Counted from the first letter of the stretch, positions 1 to 8,490 are shown. The stretch: DNA of 38,357 bases from an uncultured Candidatus Saccharibacteria bacterium (GCA_964630025.1 CAZVRG010000006.1:1-38357), one strand, 5' to 3'. Program-made: numbers and translations. The notes: generated from the letters alone by a model not told the origin.

Positions 1-91
1 CAAACCACCCGCCAGCGAGTACAAGCACCGCGATGAGTACACCAATGCCGATACGCCACTGCATGGGCCGTACCGTATCAACGATTGCCAT
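1..91 (-). CDS. Partial CDS (5' end only), N-terminal membrane anchor
   Basis: Minus strand reads MAIVDTVRPMQWRIGIGVLIAVLVLAGGWF and runs off the window; alternative ATG at 64. Confidence 0.55.
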   Translation of the reverse strand, partial: MAIVDTVRPMQWRIGIGVLIAVLVLAGGWF

Positions 92-114
92 GTTTTTACA
101 ACTACGCTCCGGTG

Positions 115-192
115 TGGGGTGACCGACCGGGATCGAACCGGCAACCTCGAGAGCCACAGTCTCGCGCTCTAACCAATTGAGCTACGGTCACC
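115..192 (-). tRNA. tRNA-His(GTG)
   Basis: Reverse complement GGTGACCGTAGCTCAATTGGTTAGAGCGCGAGACTGTGGCTCTCG...GTTCGATCCCGGTCGGTCACCCCA; G-1, C discriminator, encoded CCA. Confidence 0.96.
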
Positions 193-201
193 ATGTGATC
201 T

Positions 202-278
202 GTATGCCCGGCTTCGTCCTCTCGGGACTTCGCCGCGGCAGCGCGGCGTAGTTCCGCCTCTGGCGGAACGTAGCCGGC
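202..278. repeat. REP-like multibranch palindromic element between the two tRNAs
   Basis: Outer stem ccggcttcg/cgtagccgg with inner hairpins cgccgcg/cgcggcg and gttccgcc-tct-ggcggaac; shares gtatgcccggcttcRtcc with 20201-20218. Confidence 0.65.
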
Positions 279-355
279 TGGTGCCCCCGGCACGACTCGA
301 ACGTGCAGCCTAAGGGATAGAAGCCCTTCGCTCTGTCCAATTGAGCTACGGGGGC
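279..355 (-). tRNA. tRNA-Arg(TCT)
   Basis: GCCCCCGTAGCTCAATTGGACAGAGCG-AAGGG CT TCT AT CCCTT...GTTCGAGTCGTGCCGGGGGCACCA; encoded CCA. Confidence 0.96.
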
Positions 356-504
356 GAGCGAAACGAAGTGTGGGGATTATCTAATGTGCGATCGGTGAGG
401 AAAAACAAATTTGCCGCGCACAGGGTGTCGCGGGGGTGCGAGAAACCGTTGCTGTGCCAACGATTCCGCATATAGAATGTCGCCCGTGTCGGGGTTTGTC
501 AATA

Positions 505-590
505 CGCTAGGGCGTAACTCCTCACTGACCAGGAAGAAGGGGCGCTCTCCGTGGGCGCTTTCCCGTCGGTGAGGAGGTACGCGCTAGGGC
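505..590. repeat. Long hairpin flanked by a 9-bp direct repeat (MITE-like)
   Basis: Arms gcgtaactcctcactgac (512-529) and gtcggtgaggaggtacgc (565-582); cgctagggc at both 505-513 and 582-590. Confidence 0.55.
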
Positions 591-1015
591 ACCGATCCGA
601 TGGTTGGCGTTGCCGGACGAGGTCTCTCTTGCAACAGCACATGCAGGCGCTCAATGAGATCTTGCAAGCTGTAGCGCGTCTTGATGAAGTAGGCGTCCGC
701 CCCCTGATCAAGCGCTTCACGGATGCTTTCATCCTCGCCGATATTGCTTAATATAATCACCGGAATCGCGCGGGTATGGTCATCTTCTTTCAATTGGGCA
801 AGCACGCCCATGCCATCCAGGCCTCCGGGCAACAAGAGATCAAGAATAACGGCGTCGGGTGCATTCGCGCGCGCCTTGCGCACTGCTTCTTCTCCGGTAA
901 TCGCGGGGTCAACCGCAAATCCCGCTTCTTCCAACTCTTCCCGGAGCGTACTCAACAGCGCCTGCTCGTCCTCTACAACGAGAAGGCGCTTTTGTGTTTC
1001 AAGAAGCGGGCTCAT
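584..1015 (-). CDS. Single-domain response regulator (receiver)
   Basis: RLLVVEDE...PDAVILDLLLPGGLDG...IPVIILSN...GADAYFIK receiver motifs; start re-set to ATG 1015. Confidence 0.92.
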   Translation of the reverse strand: MSPLLETQKRLLVVEDEQALLSTLREELEEAGFAVDPAITGEEAVRKARANAPDAVILDLLLPGGLDGMGVLAQLKEDDHTRAIPVIILSNIGEDESIREALDQGADAYFIKTRYSLQDLIERLHVLLQERPRPATPTIGSVP

Positions 1016-1865
1016 GCGAAGGGGGCGCCGTGCCTTCATGCGCATACGGCTCGGCAAGCGGGAGTGTGAAGAAGAAAGTAGATCCGTATCCTTCCCGCGA
1101 CGTAAACCAGACTGCTCCGCCATGCTGCTCGACGATGCGCCGGACGAGATACAGACCGAGGCCCGTCCCGCCTTCACCACCCGCAAATGCCTTCCGTCCG
1201 CGGAAAAATTGCTGAAACACTTTCCCCTGCTCGTCCTTGGGAATGCCGATACCGGTGTCTTCCACGGACACCTGCACGTATGTTCCCGCGCGTTCTTGCA
1301 CACGCGGAAGGGAAACCGTTGGCGGCGCAAGTTCGTGCGTGGGATGCATGGTGATGGTCACCCGTCCGCCCCGCGGGGTGTACTTGATCCCATTGCTCAA
1401 TAAGTTGGTGACCACTTCCGTGAGCCGATTCGGATCACCGCGTGTGAGCGGAATGTGCGCCGCATCCCATGACCATGTCAGCGCGATGCCACGGCGTTCC
1501 GCCTCTCGTTCCAACACCTTGAGACAACGGCGCGCAACTTCTGTGACTTGAATCGGGCGCAGGTAGACGCGAAACGCACCTTCATGCAGTTTCGCGAGGT
1601 TCAGGAGATCTTCCACAAGTGTTGTCAGACGGATATTCGCTTCGAACAGACGTTCCAGGACGCGCTGCACATCGGGTCGTTCTCCCGCATCGCCAAGAAC
1701 CCGGCGCATCCGATCCAGATTCCAGGAGAGCACGCTAATCGGCACCTGCATTTCATGTGCCGTCAGTGCAACAAATTTCTCCGGACTTACCTCGTCCTGA
1801 TGCGATATCGCGACGGGTGTCGGCTTCTCGGTCTTTTGTGTGGAAGCGTCTGCTGTTGGTTTCAC
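999..1865 (-). CDS. Histidine kinase (HisKA + HATPase), no sensor domain
   Basis: H-box AHEMQVP, N-box NLLSNGIKY, G1 DTGIGIP, F-box FQQFFR, G2 GTGLGL. Confidence 0.92.
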   Translation of the reverse strand: MKPTADASTQKTEKPTPVAISHQDEVSPEKFVALTAHEMQVPISVLSWNLDRMRRVLGDAGERPDVQRVLERLFEANIRLTTLVEDLLNLAKLHEGAFRVYLRPIQVTEVARRCLKVLEREAERRGIALTWSWDAAHIPLTRGDPNRLTEVVTNLLSNGIKYTPRGGRVTITMHPTHELAPPTVSLPRVQERAGTYVQVSVEDTGIGIPKDEQGKVFQQFFRGRKAFAGGEGGTGLGLYLVRRIVEQHGGAVWFTSREGYGSTFFFTLPLAEPYAHEGTAPPSHEPAS

Positions 1866-1895
1866 AGTTGGAAGTGTACCACGTGTGTCCCCAGC

Positions 1896-3397
1896 CTAAA
1901 GCTCGGCAAATGGCGCCCGGTACTGCAGCGCTTCCGCCACATGCGCGGTTGCGATGTATTGCTCGCTCCTAAGATCCGCAATCGTGCGCGCCACGCGAAG
2001 AACGCGATGAATGCCGCGGGCGGAGAGTCCCAGCTTTGTCGCGGCCGTTTCCAGCAGCGCGGTTCCATCAGCCGACAGCGCGCAATGCTCTTTCATCTCC
2101 GCAAAGGACAGCGTGGCGTTGATCCGTGATGTGTGCGCAAAGCGCTGTGCTTGCCGTTCCCGCGCGGCAGCAACGCGCTCGCGTACAGCGGGCGACGTCT
2201 CGCCATGTGCTGCATTGCTCAACAACACACGCGGCGCAACTGGCGGAACGTGGACGTGCATGTCAATGCGGTCGAGCAGTGGCCCACTTATTCGCTCTCG
2301 GTACCGGAGCACGGTGCCCGGCGGACAGCGACAGAGGTGCGTGGGGTCACCCGCGTACCCGCACGGACACGGGTTCATGGCAGCCACCAGCGTGAAGTGG
2401 GCCGGAAAGGTCACGGAGCCGGATGCGCGACTCACATGCACCGTGCCTTCCTCGAGCGGTTGCCGCAGATGCTCCAAGACATGGCGCGGAAATTCCGCGA
2501 ACTCATCGAGAAACAACACGCCGCGATGGGCGATTGTCACTTCGCCCGGCTGCCAATGAGCGCAACGGCGGATATCGAATGGTGCGGGGCGCGGAACGGC
2601 CGTGTGCGCAGGAGGCCGCTGCCAGCAGACAGCAATCCGCGAATGCTCCAGATTTTTGTGACTTCAAACGCTTCGGCGTCGGAAAGCGATGGAAGAATGC
2701 CAAGGAGCGCCTTGGCAAGCAGGCTTTTCCCGGAGCCGGGCGGCCCATGCAACAAAATGTTATGCCCACCTGCCGCAGCAATCTCGAGTGCGCGCTTCGC
2801 ATGCGCTTGCTCGGCGATGGCACTGAAATCAGGAATGGTATCGGCAACCGCAGCAGGAGCATCATCAGAAGGCTGAACGACCGATAAGAGTGCGCGCTCT
2901 TCCAGATGATCGAGAAGTTCTTTGACGGTTCGCGGCGCAAGAACGGAAAGGCCGGACGCCCGAACTTCTGCCGCATTGCCGGGAGGAACAACAAGAGAAC
3001 GGATCCCTTGCCGGCGTGCGGATTCCGCAATCGCGAAGACGCCCGGAATAGCTTGCAGGGAACCATCAAGATTCAAGGCGCCCACCACCAGCATGTCGTC
3101 GGGAACGCGCAGCACCTGTCCGGTTGCCGCAAGAAACGCAAGCGCAATGGGAAGATCGTACTGCGGTCCCTCTTTGCGGACATGTGCGGGTGCGAGATTC
3201 ACAATTGTTCGGTGCCGCGGCGGGACCAGGCCGGTGTTTTGGAGCGCGGCGGTAATACGCTCGCGTGCTTCCTTCACGGCCGTGTCCGGCAATCCGACAA
3301 TCGTCACGCTCGGCAATCCTTGCAATTCCTCGACTTGCACATCCACCGGAACGGCATCAATCCCGACAATCGCAGCGGAACGGACGGTCGCGGGCAT
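1896..3397 (-). pseudogene. comM: YifB/ComM Mg-chelatase-like AAA ATPase, frameshifted near 2550
   Basis: N-terminal part has IVGLPDTAVKEARERI, GPPGSGKS and RPFRAPHH. C-terminal part, in another frame, has PGEVTIAHRGVLFLDE, AAMNPCPCG and ISGPLLDRID. The usual GGG..P linker is missing at the junction. Confidence 0.88.
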
Positions 3398-3401
3398 AGG
3401 G
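3354..3401 (-). repeat. Direct repeat copy A: current comM 5' end
   Basis: gcatcaatcccgacaatcgcagcggaacggacggtcgcgggcataggg matches 3937-4008. Confidence 0.9.
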
Positions 3402-3406
3402 AGCAA

Positions 3407-3631
3407 TTATCGGAGCGAGAGAAACTTCTCTCGATCCACTCCTGATTGTCGGATAATACTTGCGAGTGTTCCGGTCTTCAGATCACGCGGATGGACCGGT
3501 ACACAAACTGTATGTCCCGAGCTGTCGCGATAGAATTGGTGGCTCCCCGTTTGATGATGGAGTGAGAATCCTGCGCGCGTCAGGATGCGAACAACATCTC
3601 TCGGCCGAAGCGCGGGGAGACGAGCAACCAC
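3407..3631 (-). CDS. hicA: HicA-family toxin (mRNA interferase)
   Basis: LPALRPRDVVRILTRAGF...QTGSHQFY...VCVPVHPRDLKTGTLASIIRQSG; GSH motif; GTG start assumed. Confidence 0.9.
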   Translation of the reverse strand: MVARLPALRPRDVVRILTRAGFSLHHQTGSHQFYRDSSGHTVCVPVHPRDLKTGTLASIIRQSGVDREKFLSLR

Positions 3632-3651
3632 AACAAACCGACGCCGGAAAT

Positions 3652-3894
3652 TTACTTGCCGACGTGCACGGATTCTGTTATCACCCGTGGTGCTTCCCCG
3701 CGATGCTCCGTCGGCACTGTTTCTCCGGCCTTTTCCAGACTTTCGATATACCCTCGAATTGCGTCCTGCGCCATCCTGCGCGTCTCTTCCATCGTCTCGC
3801 CTTGCGTCGCAATACCAAGCACCGGAATCTCCGCAACAAATCCTCCGTCGGGATCCGACACGTAAATCACCGTATAGTCGTACGCCTGCTGCAT
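3652..3894 (-). CDS. hicB: HicB-family antitoxin (short form, no obvious DNA-binding domain)
   Basis: YTVIY..DPDGGFVAEIPVLGIATQGETMEE...AIRGYIESL...GETVP. Confidence 0.9.
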   Translation of the reverse strand: MQQAYDYTVIYVSDPDGGFVAEIPVLGIATQGETMEETRRMAQDAIRGYIESLEKAGETVPTEHRGEAPRVITESVHVGK

Positions 3895-3936
3895 AGCGCA
3901 AGCATACCGCGGAGCATGGCCGTGATCAAGAAATCT

Positions 3937-4008
3937 GCATCAATCCCGACAATCGCAGCGGAGCGGACGGTTCACCCCGAGGTGCTTCGAAGGGTGGCGG
4001 GCATGGGG
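3937..4008 (-). pseudogene. Direct repeat copy B: orphaned comM 5' remnant with a 24-bp insertion
   Basis: Encodes MPA[insert]TVRSAAIVGIDA and then diverges; the insertion at 3972-3995 adds an in-frame TGA; TAGACT lies 6 nt before the ATG. Confidence 0.8.
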
Positions 4009-4047
4009 CTAGTCTAACACCGCTGTCATCGTGAGGAGCGCGAGCGG

Positions 4048-4076
4048 CCCGACGTTGCCCTACAGGCTACGTCGGG
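4048..4076. repeat. REP-like hairpin
   Basis: cccgacgt-tgcc-ctaca-ggct-acgtcggg. Confidence 0.5.
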
Positions 4077-4096
4077 AGGAAAAGCAATCTTCGCGC

Positions 4097-4125
4097 AAAA
4101 AAACCCACCGCCCGAAAACGGTGGG
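4097..4125 (-). terminator. Intrinsic terminator
   Basis: Minus strand cccaccg-N8-cggtggg followed by T7, just after the stop at 4132. Confidence 0.8.
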
Positions 4126-4131
4126 AAACCT

Positions 4132-4572
4132 CTACCGTAACTCCTCAGGCGGTACAAGATGATGATCGAAATCGTCGCAGCAGAATGGACAATCGGGGAA
4201 GTCGTAGCCGTAACAGGAGATACCATGATTCACTCGCTCGAGACACCCGCAGTGAACACAGCGGAGCACGTACTCGTCACAGTACATATATCCGCCAATG
4301 TCCCAAGCGTAGCATTCGGCCTCGTGTCCACACTGTGGACAGATGGGACGAGGCTTTCTGAATGCTTCTCCCGGCCTCCACACAACCGACCCTGAAGAGC
4401 TTATCGTGAGCTGTCGAACGCTCAATCGATGCCCGGGCCATAACTCTGCTGCCCGACGCGTGGTTTTCTCCAGGGCCTCGCCAGGCGTTTCGGCCACAAT
4501 ATCCAGGGACACAAAGTCTTCCGTGTGGTCCTCCTTGCCTTCAAGCGTTGCGGTATAGGATCTTACCGTCAT
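4132..4572 (-). CDS. Hypothetical protein with three CxxC motifs (zinc-ribbon-like)
   Basis: CPQC, CVHC, CPFC; GGAGG upstream of ATG 4572; has its own terminator. Confidence 0.7.
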   Translation of the reverse strand: MTVRSYTATLEGKEDHTEDFVSLDIVAETPGEALEKTTRRAAELWPGHRLSVRQLTISSSGSVVWRPGEAFRKPRPICPQCGHEAECYAWDIGGYMYCDEYVLRCVHCGCLERVNHGISCYGYDFPDCPFCCDDFDHHLVPPEELR

Positions 4573-4848
4573 TAGGATACCCTCCACGTGCGGAGATTAT
4601 GATGGAACATCCAACGAACTCGCGGCAGCAGCACGGTAGCACCAAATTTTCACGAGGACAAGCGCGTGTATCGGGCCACCACTTCCTGGACAACCGCGGT
4701 GCGTTCTCCACAAGAAACTGGACCGGCGATGTACGGCCGAGCGCCCAGTGCGGCAGCTCGCCATTGTGCTTGTCCTGTGGCAGAGCGTCCGGAATGTATC
4801 TGGCCTTATGCAAAACGCAGAGGGGTTTTCAGAGAGTACACTAGAGGT

Positions 4849-6246
4849 ATGCATCGCCGACCGTGGCTGCTGGCATTCGGCGAAACAGTTATTGCATTCG
4901 CGCGGCGCAGAATATTTGAACGCGGCGCGCTGATTTTGGTGGGGACGTCCGCATTAAGCTACGCCTTGGGCGTGATGCGCGATCGCGTGCTGGCATCGAC
5001 ATTCGGCGCGTCCGATGCGTTCGACGCCTATCAGGCGTCATTTATTATTCCCGACTTCCTTTTCAATCTGTTTGCCGCCGCCGCGCTCTCTGCGGCATTT
5101 ATTCCCGTCTTTACCGACCTGCGCACCCAGCATCGCGAGACGGACGCGGCGCGTCTCGCCGGGACCATCCTTGCGTTCGGGGGGGTCGCGCTGCTGCTGG
5201 TTGGCGGAGGCGTATTCCTGTTTGCGGAACCGCTTGCGGCACTTGTCGCTCCCGGCTTTGCGCCGGAAAAGCACCATCTTCTTGTGCAGCTCACACGGCT
5301 CATGTTGTTGTCTCCGCTTCTGTTCCTCGTGAGCAACCTTCTGGGGAGCATGCTGGTTTCATCCAAGCGATTTCTCTTCTACGGCCTGTCTCCCGCGCTC
5401 TACAATCTGGGCATCATTGCCGGAGCGCTCGTGCTCGCGCCGCGGTTTGGCATTCTCGGCGTGACGCTGGGCACATTATGTGGTGCGACCCTGCATCTTC
5501 TCGCGCGCATCATTGATGCGCGCCGCGCGGGGCTGCGCTTGCTTCCGACGTTTCAGACCTCTCCGCACCTGCGCAAAGTGGTGCTGCTGATGCTGCCGCG
5601 CATCGCCGGACTCGCCGGCATTCAGCTGCAATTATGGGCATTCACTGCCATCGCCTCCACGCTCGGCGAAGGCGCGGTTACGGTGGTGAATCTCGCGCGC
5701 AACTTTCAGAGCTTTCCGGTGAGTCTTGTCGGCATTGCCTTCGCAACGTCGTTATTCCCTCTTCTCGCGGAGGCGGCGAGTCATCGCGCACGTGATGCGT
5801 ACGTGCGCCGACTTCTTCGCGGCGCGTTCGCAACGCTGGCAATTACCATTCCCGCAGCGCTTGTCCTGTATGTGCTTCGCGTCCCGCTCATCACGATATT
5901 CCTCGGCACCGGCGCGTTCCACACAGACGCAATTCTCCGCACCGCTGCGGTGCTCGGGGTCTACACGCTCTCCATTCCCGCGGAAAGCCTCGCGCATATT
6001 CTCGCGCGCGGGTTCTACGCACTGCACAACACGCTTCTGCCAACACTGTTCAGTCTCCTTGGGATTGGCATTTCGATTACGGCCAGCGTGATCCTTGCGG
6101 GACGTCTTGGGCCCATTGGCATCCCCGCCGGCTTCGCGCTCGGCGAAGGCGCTCATGTCATCGCGCTCGCAATTGTTTTGTGGCTATGGACGCGCCGCAC
6201 GTTCGCGCCCCGTGCTGCTGCTATTTCGGCGTCACCAATAGAATAA
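4849..6246 (+). CDS. murJ: Lipid II flippase MurJ (MviN)
   Basis: LGVMRDRVLASTFGA, DAYQASFIIPD, SAAFIPVF, PALYNLGII, FPVSLVGIAFATSLFP, RGFYALHNT; many TM helices. Confidence 0.93.
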   Translation: MHRRPWLLAFGETVIAFARRRIFERGALILVGTSALSYALGVMRDRVLASTFGASDAFDAYQASFIIPDFLFNLFAAAALSAAFIPVFTDLRTQHRETDAARLAGTILAFGGVALLLVGGGVFLFAEPLAALVAPGFAPEKHHLLVQLTRLMLLSPLLFLVSNLLGSMLVSSKRFLFYGLSPALYNLGIIAGALVLAPRFGILGVTLGTLCGATLHLLARIIDARRAGLRLLPTFQTSPHLRKVVLLMLPRIAGLAGIQLQLWAFTAIASTLGEGAVTVVNLARNFQSFPVSLVGIAFATSLFPLLAEAASHRARDAYVRRLLRGAFATLAITIPAALVLYVLRVPLITIFLGTGAFHTDAILRTAAVLGVYTLSIPAESLAHILARGFYALHNTLLPTLFSLLGIGISITASVILAGRLGPIGIPAGFALGEGAHVIALAIVLWLWTRRTFAPRAAAISASPIE

Positions 6247-7036
6247 CGGGCTTCCCTGTGCCGGGCGTGCCGCCGTCGTAGTCTTCCAGCGCGTTCATGA
6301 CGGTGGAGATAGGATAGACAAAATCGGCGCCGCGGCGCGTGCCGGGGTCGTTCGTAATGAATTTCTCTCCTGTCACACCCTTCACGATGAGTGCGTGACG
6401 ATCTGGGCCGGGCGGAGTATAGAACGGATTTCCCAGCTTTTGGCCGTTTACCAACGCAACAACAGGAATCTTCTTCCCGAGCGCCTCCCGAACGTCCTGT
6501 ACTGTCGGATTGTAGATCACGCGCACAGTAAGATGCGGATAGAAATCCCGCGCGAGACGCGCGGTCTCCTCCGCGTTGGAATCAATGTAGAATCCGTACC
6601 GGTCCTTCTGGAATGCCACCATGCGAAGAATTTCTGCATCCATCTCCTGTAACGACAATGACGCGCCGCGGAAAAAGCGTTCCGCCATAATAACGGCCGC
6701 CTCCTCGCACGTATCTTGATATGGCTGCCCCCAATTTCCGAACGGCGCCTGCGGCGCAAAGGGCACTGCGAGATTGACCGCGCTGTTCGGTGTCGTTCCA
6801 GACGGACGCGGTGACGACGTTGCGCGCGGTGCACCTGATGGCGTTACGATAAGGGGAGCATGCGTGACAGCGGTTGGTGCCGGTTCCGCCGACGGCAACG
6901 TTGTCCGATACGGACGCTCTGCAAACCATGCGCGCAACGACGCGCGTTGGGAAACACCAATGAGAAGTACAACCGCGATAGCCGCAATGCTCCCTCCAAG
7001 AGTGATCTGTGTTTGCAGGCGATGCTTCTGTGACAT
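6221..7036 (-). CDS. C39-like cysteine peptidase, membrane-anchored or secreted
   Basis: N-terminal TM helix, Pro/Thr linker, VPFAPQAP...QDTCEEAA, HALIVKG, FITNDPGT (Cys-His-Asp). Confidence 0.8.
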   Translation of the reverse strand: MSQKHRLQTQITLGGSIAAIAVVLLIGVSQRASLRAWFAERPYRTTLPSAEPAPTAVTHAPLIVTPSGAPRATSSPRPSGTTPNSAVNLAVPFAPQAPFGNWGQPYQDTCEEAAVIMAERFFRGASLSLQEMDAEILRMVAFQKDRYGFYIDSNAEETARLARDFYPHLTVRVIYNPTVQDVREALGKKIPVVALVNGQKLGNPFYTPPGPDRHALIVKGVTGEKFITNDPGTRRGADFVYPISTVMNALEDYDGGTPGTGKPVILLVTPK

Positions 7037-7084
7037 ACCGGTACCATACCGGACGACGCTTCAGAAGCGAAGTCTATCCATCCA

Positions 7085-7582
7085 TTACGGCGTGCCTGTC
7101 GGGCGGTCAGACTCAACGAGCGGGCGCAGAAATGTTGTGAGGAGAAGTGCAAGTCCAACGAGGATCGCACCGTCTGCCACGTTGATCGCGGTGAGGTCAC
7201 CAACCCACAGAATGTCTGTGGTGCGTCCTGCCAGTACGCGTTCAAGGCTATTCGACAGTCCGCCACCTAGAAGAATCCCGACGCCGATCGTCGATGTCCA
7301 TCCGCGTTGCCGTTGCGCCGTGTGCAATGAAAACCACACCCAGAGCACGAGCACAACACCGCCCACGAACGCGGCAATACCGACAGAAGCGATCCCAAAC
7401 GGCCCACGGATATTTTCAAAGAGTCGCAGGGAAAGGCCGGAGAATATTTCATACCCAGCATCTGGAAAAAATTTGCGAACACTATATTTGGTCAGTACAT
7501 CGATGCTGACGACGAGCAGTGCACTGCCCCACAACAGTAACGGAGCGCGCGTCAAGGACCGTGCGCTCTCAAGAAGTTTCAC
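7085..7582 (-). CDS. lspA: Signal peptidase II
   Basis: DVLTK, ENIRGPFG, GGGLSNSLER...TTD, INVAD; four TM segments. Confidence 0.85.
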   Translation of the reverse strand: MKLLESARSLTRAPLLLWGSALLVVSIDVLTKYSVRKFFPDAGYEIFSGLSLRLFENIRGPFGIASVGIAAFVGGVVLVLWVWFSLHTAQRQRGWTSTIGVGILLGGGLSNSLERVLAGRTTDILWVGDLTAINVADGAILVGLALLLTTFLRPLVESDRPTGTP

Positions 7583-7597
7583 GAAAACGAGGTATGG

Positions 7598-7966
7598 TTA
7601 CCCCGCGTGCGCGAGACAGGTGCGGGCAGACGGCAATGCCTCTAAACGTTTTTTCTCGATCGGCGCACCACACGCGGTGCACACGCCATACGAGCCGTCC
7701 GCGACACGTTGCAGGGCAGTCGTCACATCGCGGAGTTGTACTTCCAAACTCTGTTCAACACTGCGCGCAGATTCATACTGCTCCTCTTCCACGACATTAT
7801 CCTCGGGCATTCTGCCAATCTCTTCGACACGCGCTGTATAATCGCCAGGCGTTGTCCCTTTATCAGCGATCCGCGACAACTCTTGCTCGAGTCGCGCTTT
7901 CTCTTCCTCCAATTTTTTCTTTTGTGCGTCAATAAATGCGGCGTCGGGTGCGTTTGGTGATGTCAT
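7598..7966 (-). CDS. TraR/DksA C4-type zinc-finger protein
   Basis: Coiled coil followed by ALQRVADGSYGVCTACGAPIEKKRLEALPSARTC; the fourth ligand appears to be His. Confidence 0.88.
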   Translation of the reverse strand: MTSPNAPDAAFIDAQKKKLEEEKARLEQELSRIADKGTTPGDYTARVEEIGRMPEDNVVEEEQYESARSVEQSLEVQLRDVTTALQRVADGSYGVCTACGAPIEKKRLEALPSARTCLAHAG

Positions 7967-7977
7967 ACCCGTAGTGT

Positions 7978-8028
7978 ACCCCGTTAGAAACCGGGAGTAA
8001 AAGCACTGTGACAAAGTTTCTCACGGGG
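7978..8028. mobile_element. Palindromic element copy 1 (51 bp)
   Basis: ACCCCGTTAGAAAC...GTTTCTCACGGGG with tgt on both sides. Confidence 0.75.
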
Positions 8029-8053
8029 TGTAGCGGATGAAAAAATTTTAGCC

Positions 8054-8109
8054 AAAGGAAAAGCCCCTCAGTCGGGCCATAGAAGTAACTAAGTGCCCCG
8101 AGGGGCTTT
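8054..8109 (-). terminator. Probable intrinsic terminator of the 8490-8055 unit
   Basis: Perfect 10-bp arms aaagcccctc (8060-8069) and gaggggcttt (8100-8109); the minus strand ends in TTTTCCTTT. Confidence 0.6.
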
Positions 8110-8490
8110 AAGACATGTGATCGCGGACGCGGCCCGTACTTTCTCGGAACGATCTTTTGGATCCTTCAGAGGAAGTACGGGTGGCATCACTTCGTCGATC
8201 ATATGTCGGTTCTTAACCTCCAAGTGGCTGAAGATTAAGGGTGTGCCTCCACTCGTCGGGTGAGAGAAGGTGTCAAACGCTGCCGGAAACGCCTTCATCA
8301 CCATGATTTCGGTGTCCAATGAGCAACTTGTTTGGTGCGTGTGGGTGTGGGTGTCATTGGGACGCCACTGTCCGCGTCAGAATAGAAGCACCGTTCGAGT
8401 ACTGATAGGGGGAAATCAGTACTCGAGCGGCACTCCCGCCTCCAAGCCCCTCGCGCACGATCCAAACACTGTGAAAGAAAACGCTAACAA
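8055..8490 (-). ncRNA. Candidate structured non-coding RNA or regulatory leader, family unknown
   Basis: Near-consensus promoter upstream, terminator downstream, at least five long stems in between, no convincing ORF; strand taken from the promoter. Confidence 0.5.

Noticed and set aside
102-293. 63-aa ORF over the tRNA-His region, and 20213-20416 over tRNA-Leu
   Set aside because: Both overlap clear tRNA genes and repeats; spurious.
512-582. SRP (4.5S) RNA or intrinsic terminator
   Set aside because: Lacks the CAGG...GRAA...AGCA internal-loop motif and has no U-tract.
2530-2570. Programmed ribosomal frameshift in comM
   Set aside because: No slippery heptamer, and conserved residues are missing, which points to a deletion.
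4136-4147. 12-mer cgtaactcctca shared with the hairpin arm at 513-524
   Set aside because: It lies within coding sequence and has no partner arm; most likely chance.
8089-8319. 76-aa minus-strand ORF inside the structured region
   Set aside because: TTG start, no RBS, no motif, and it ends inside the terminator hairpin; unlikely but not formally excluded.
8055-8490. RNase P RNA, tmRNA or SRP RNA as the identity of the structured unit
   Set aside because: No GAGGAAAGTCC, no tRNA-like ends with TCCACCA, and no SRP domain IV motif found by eye on either strand.
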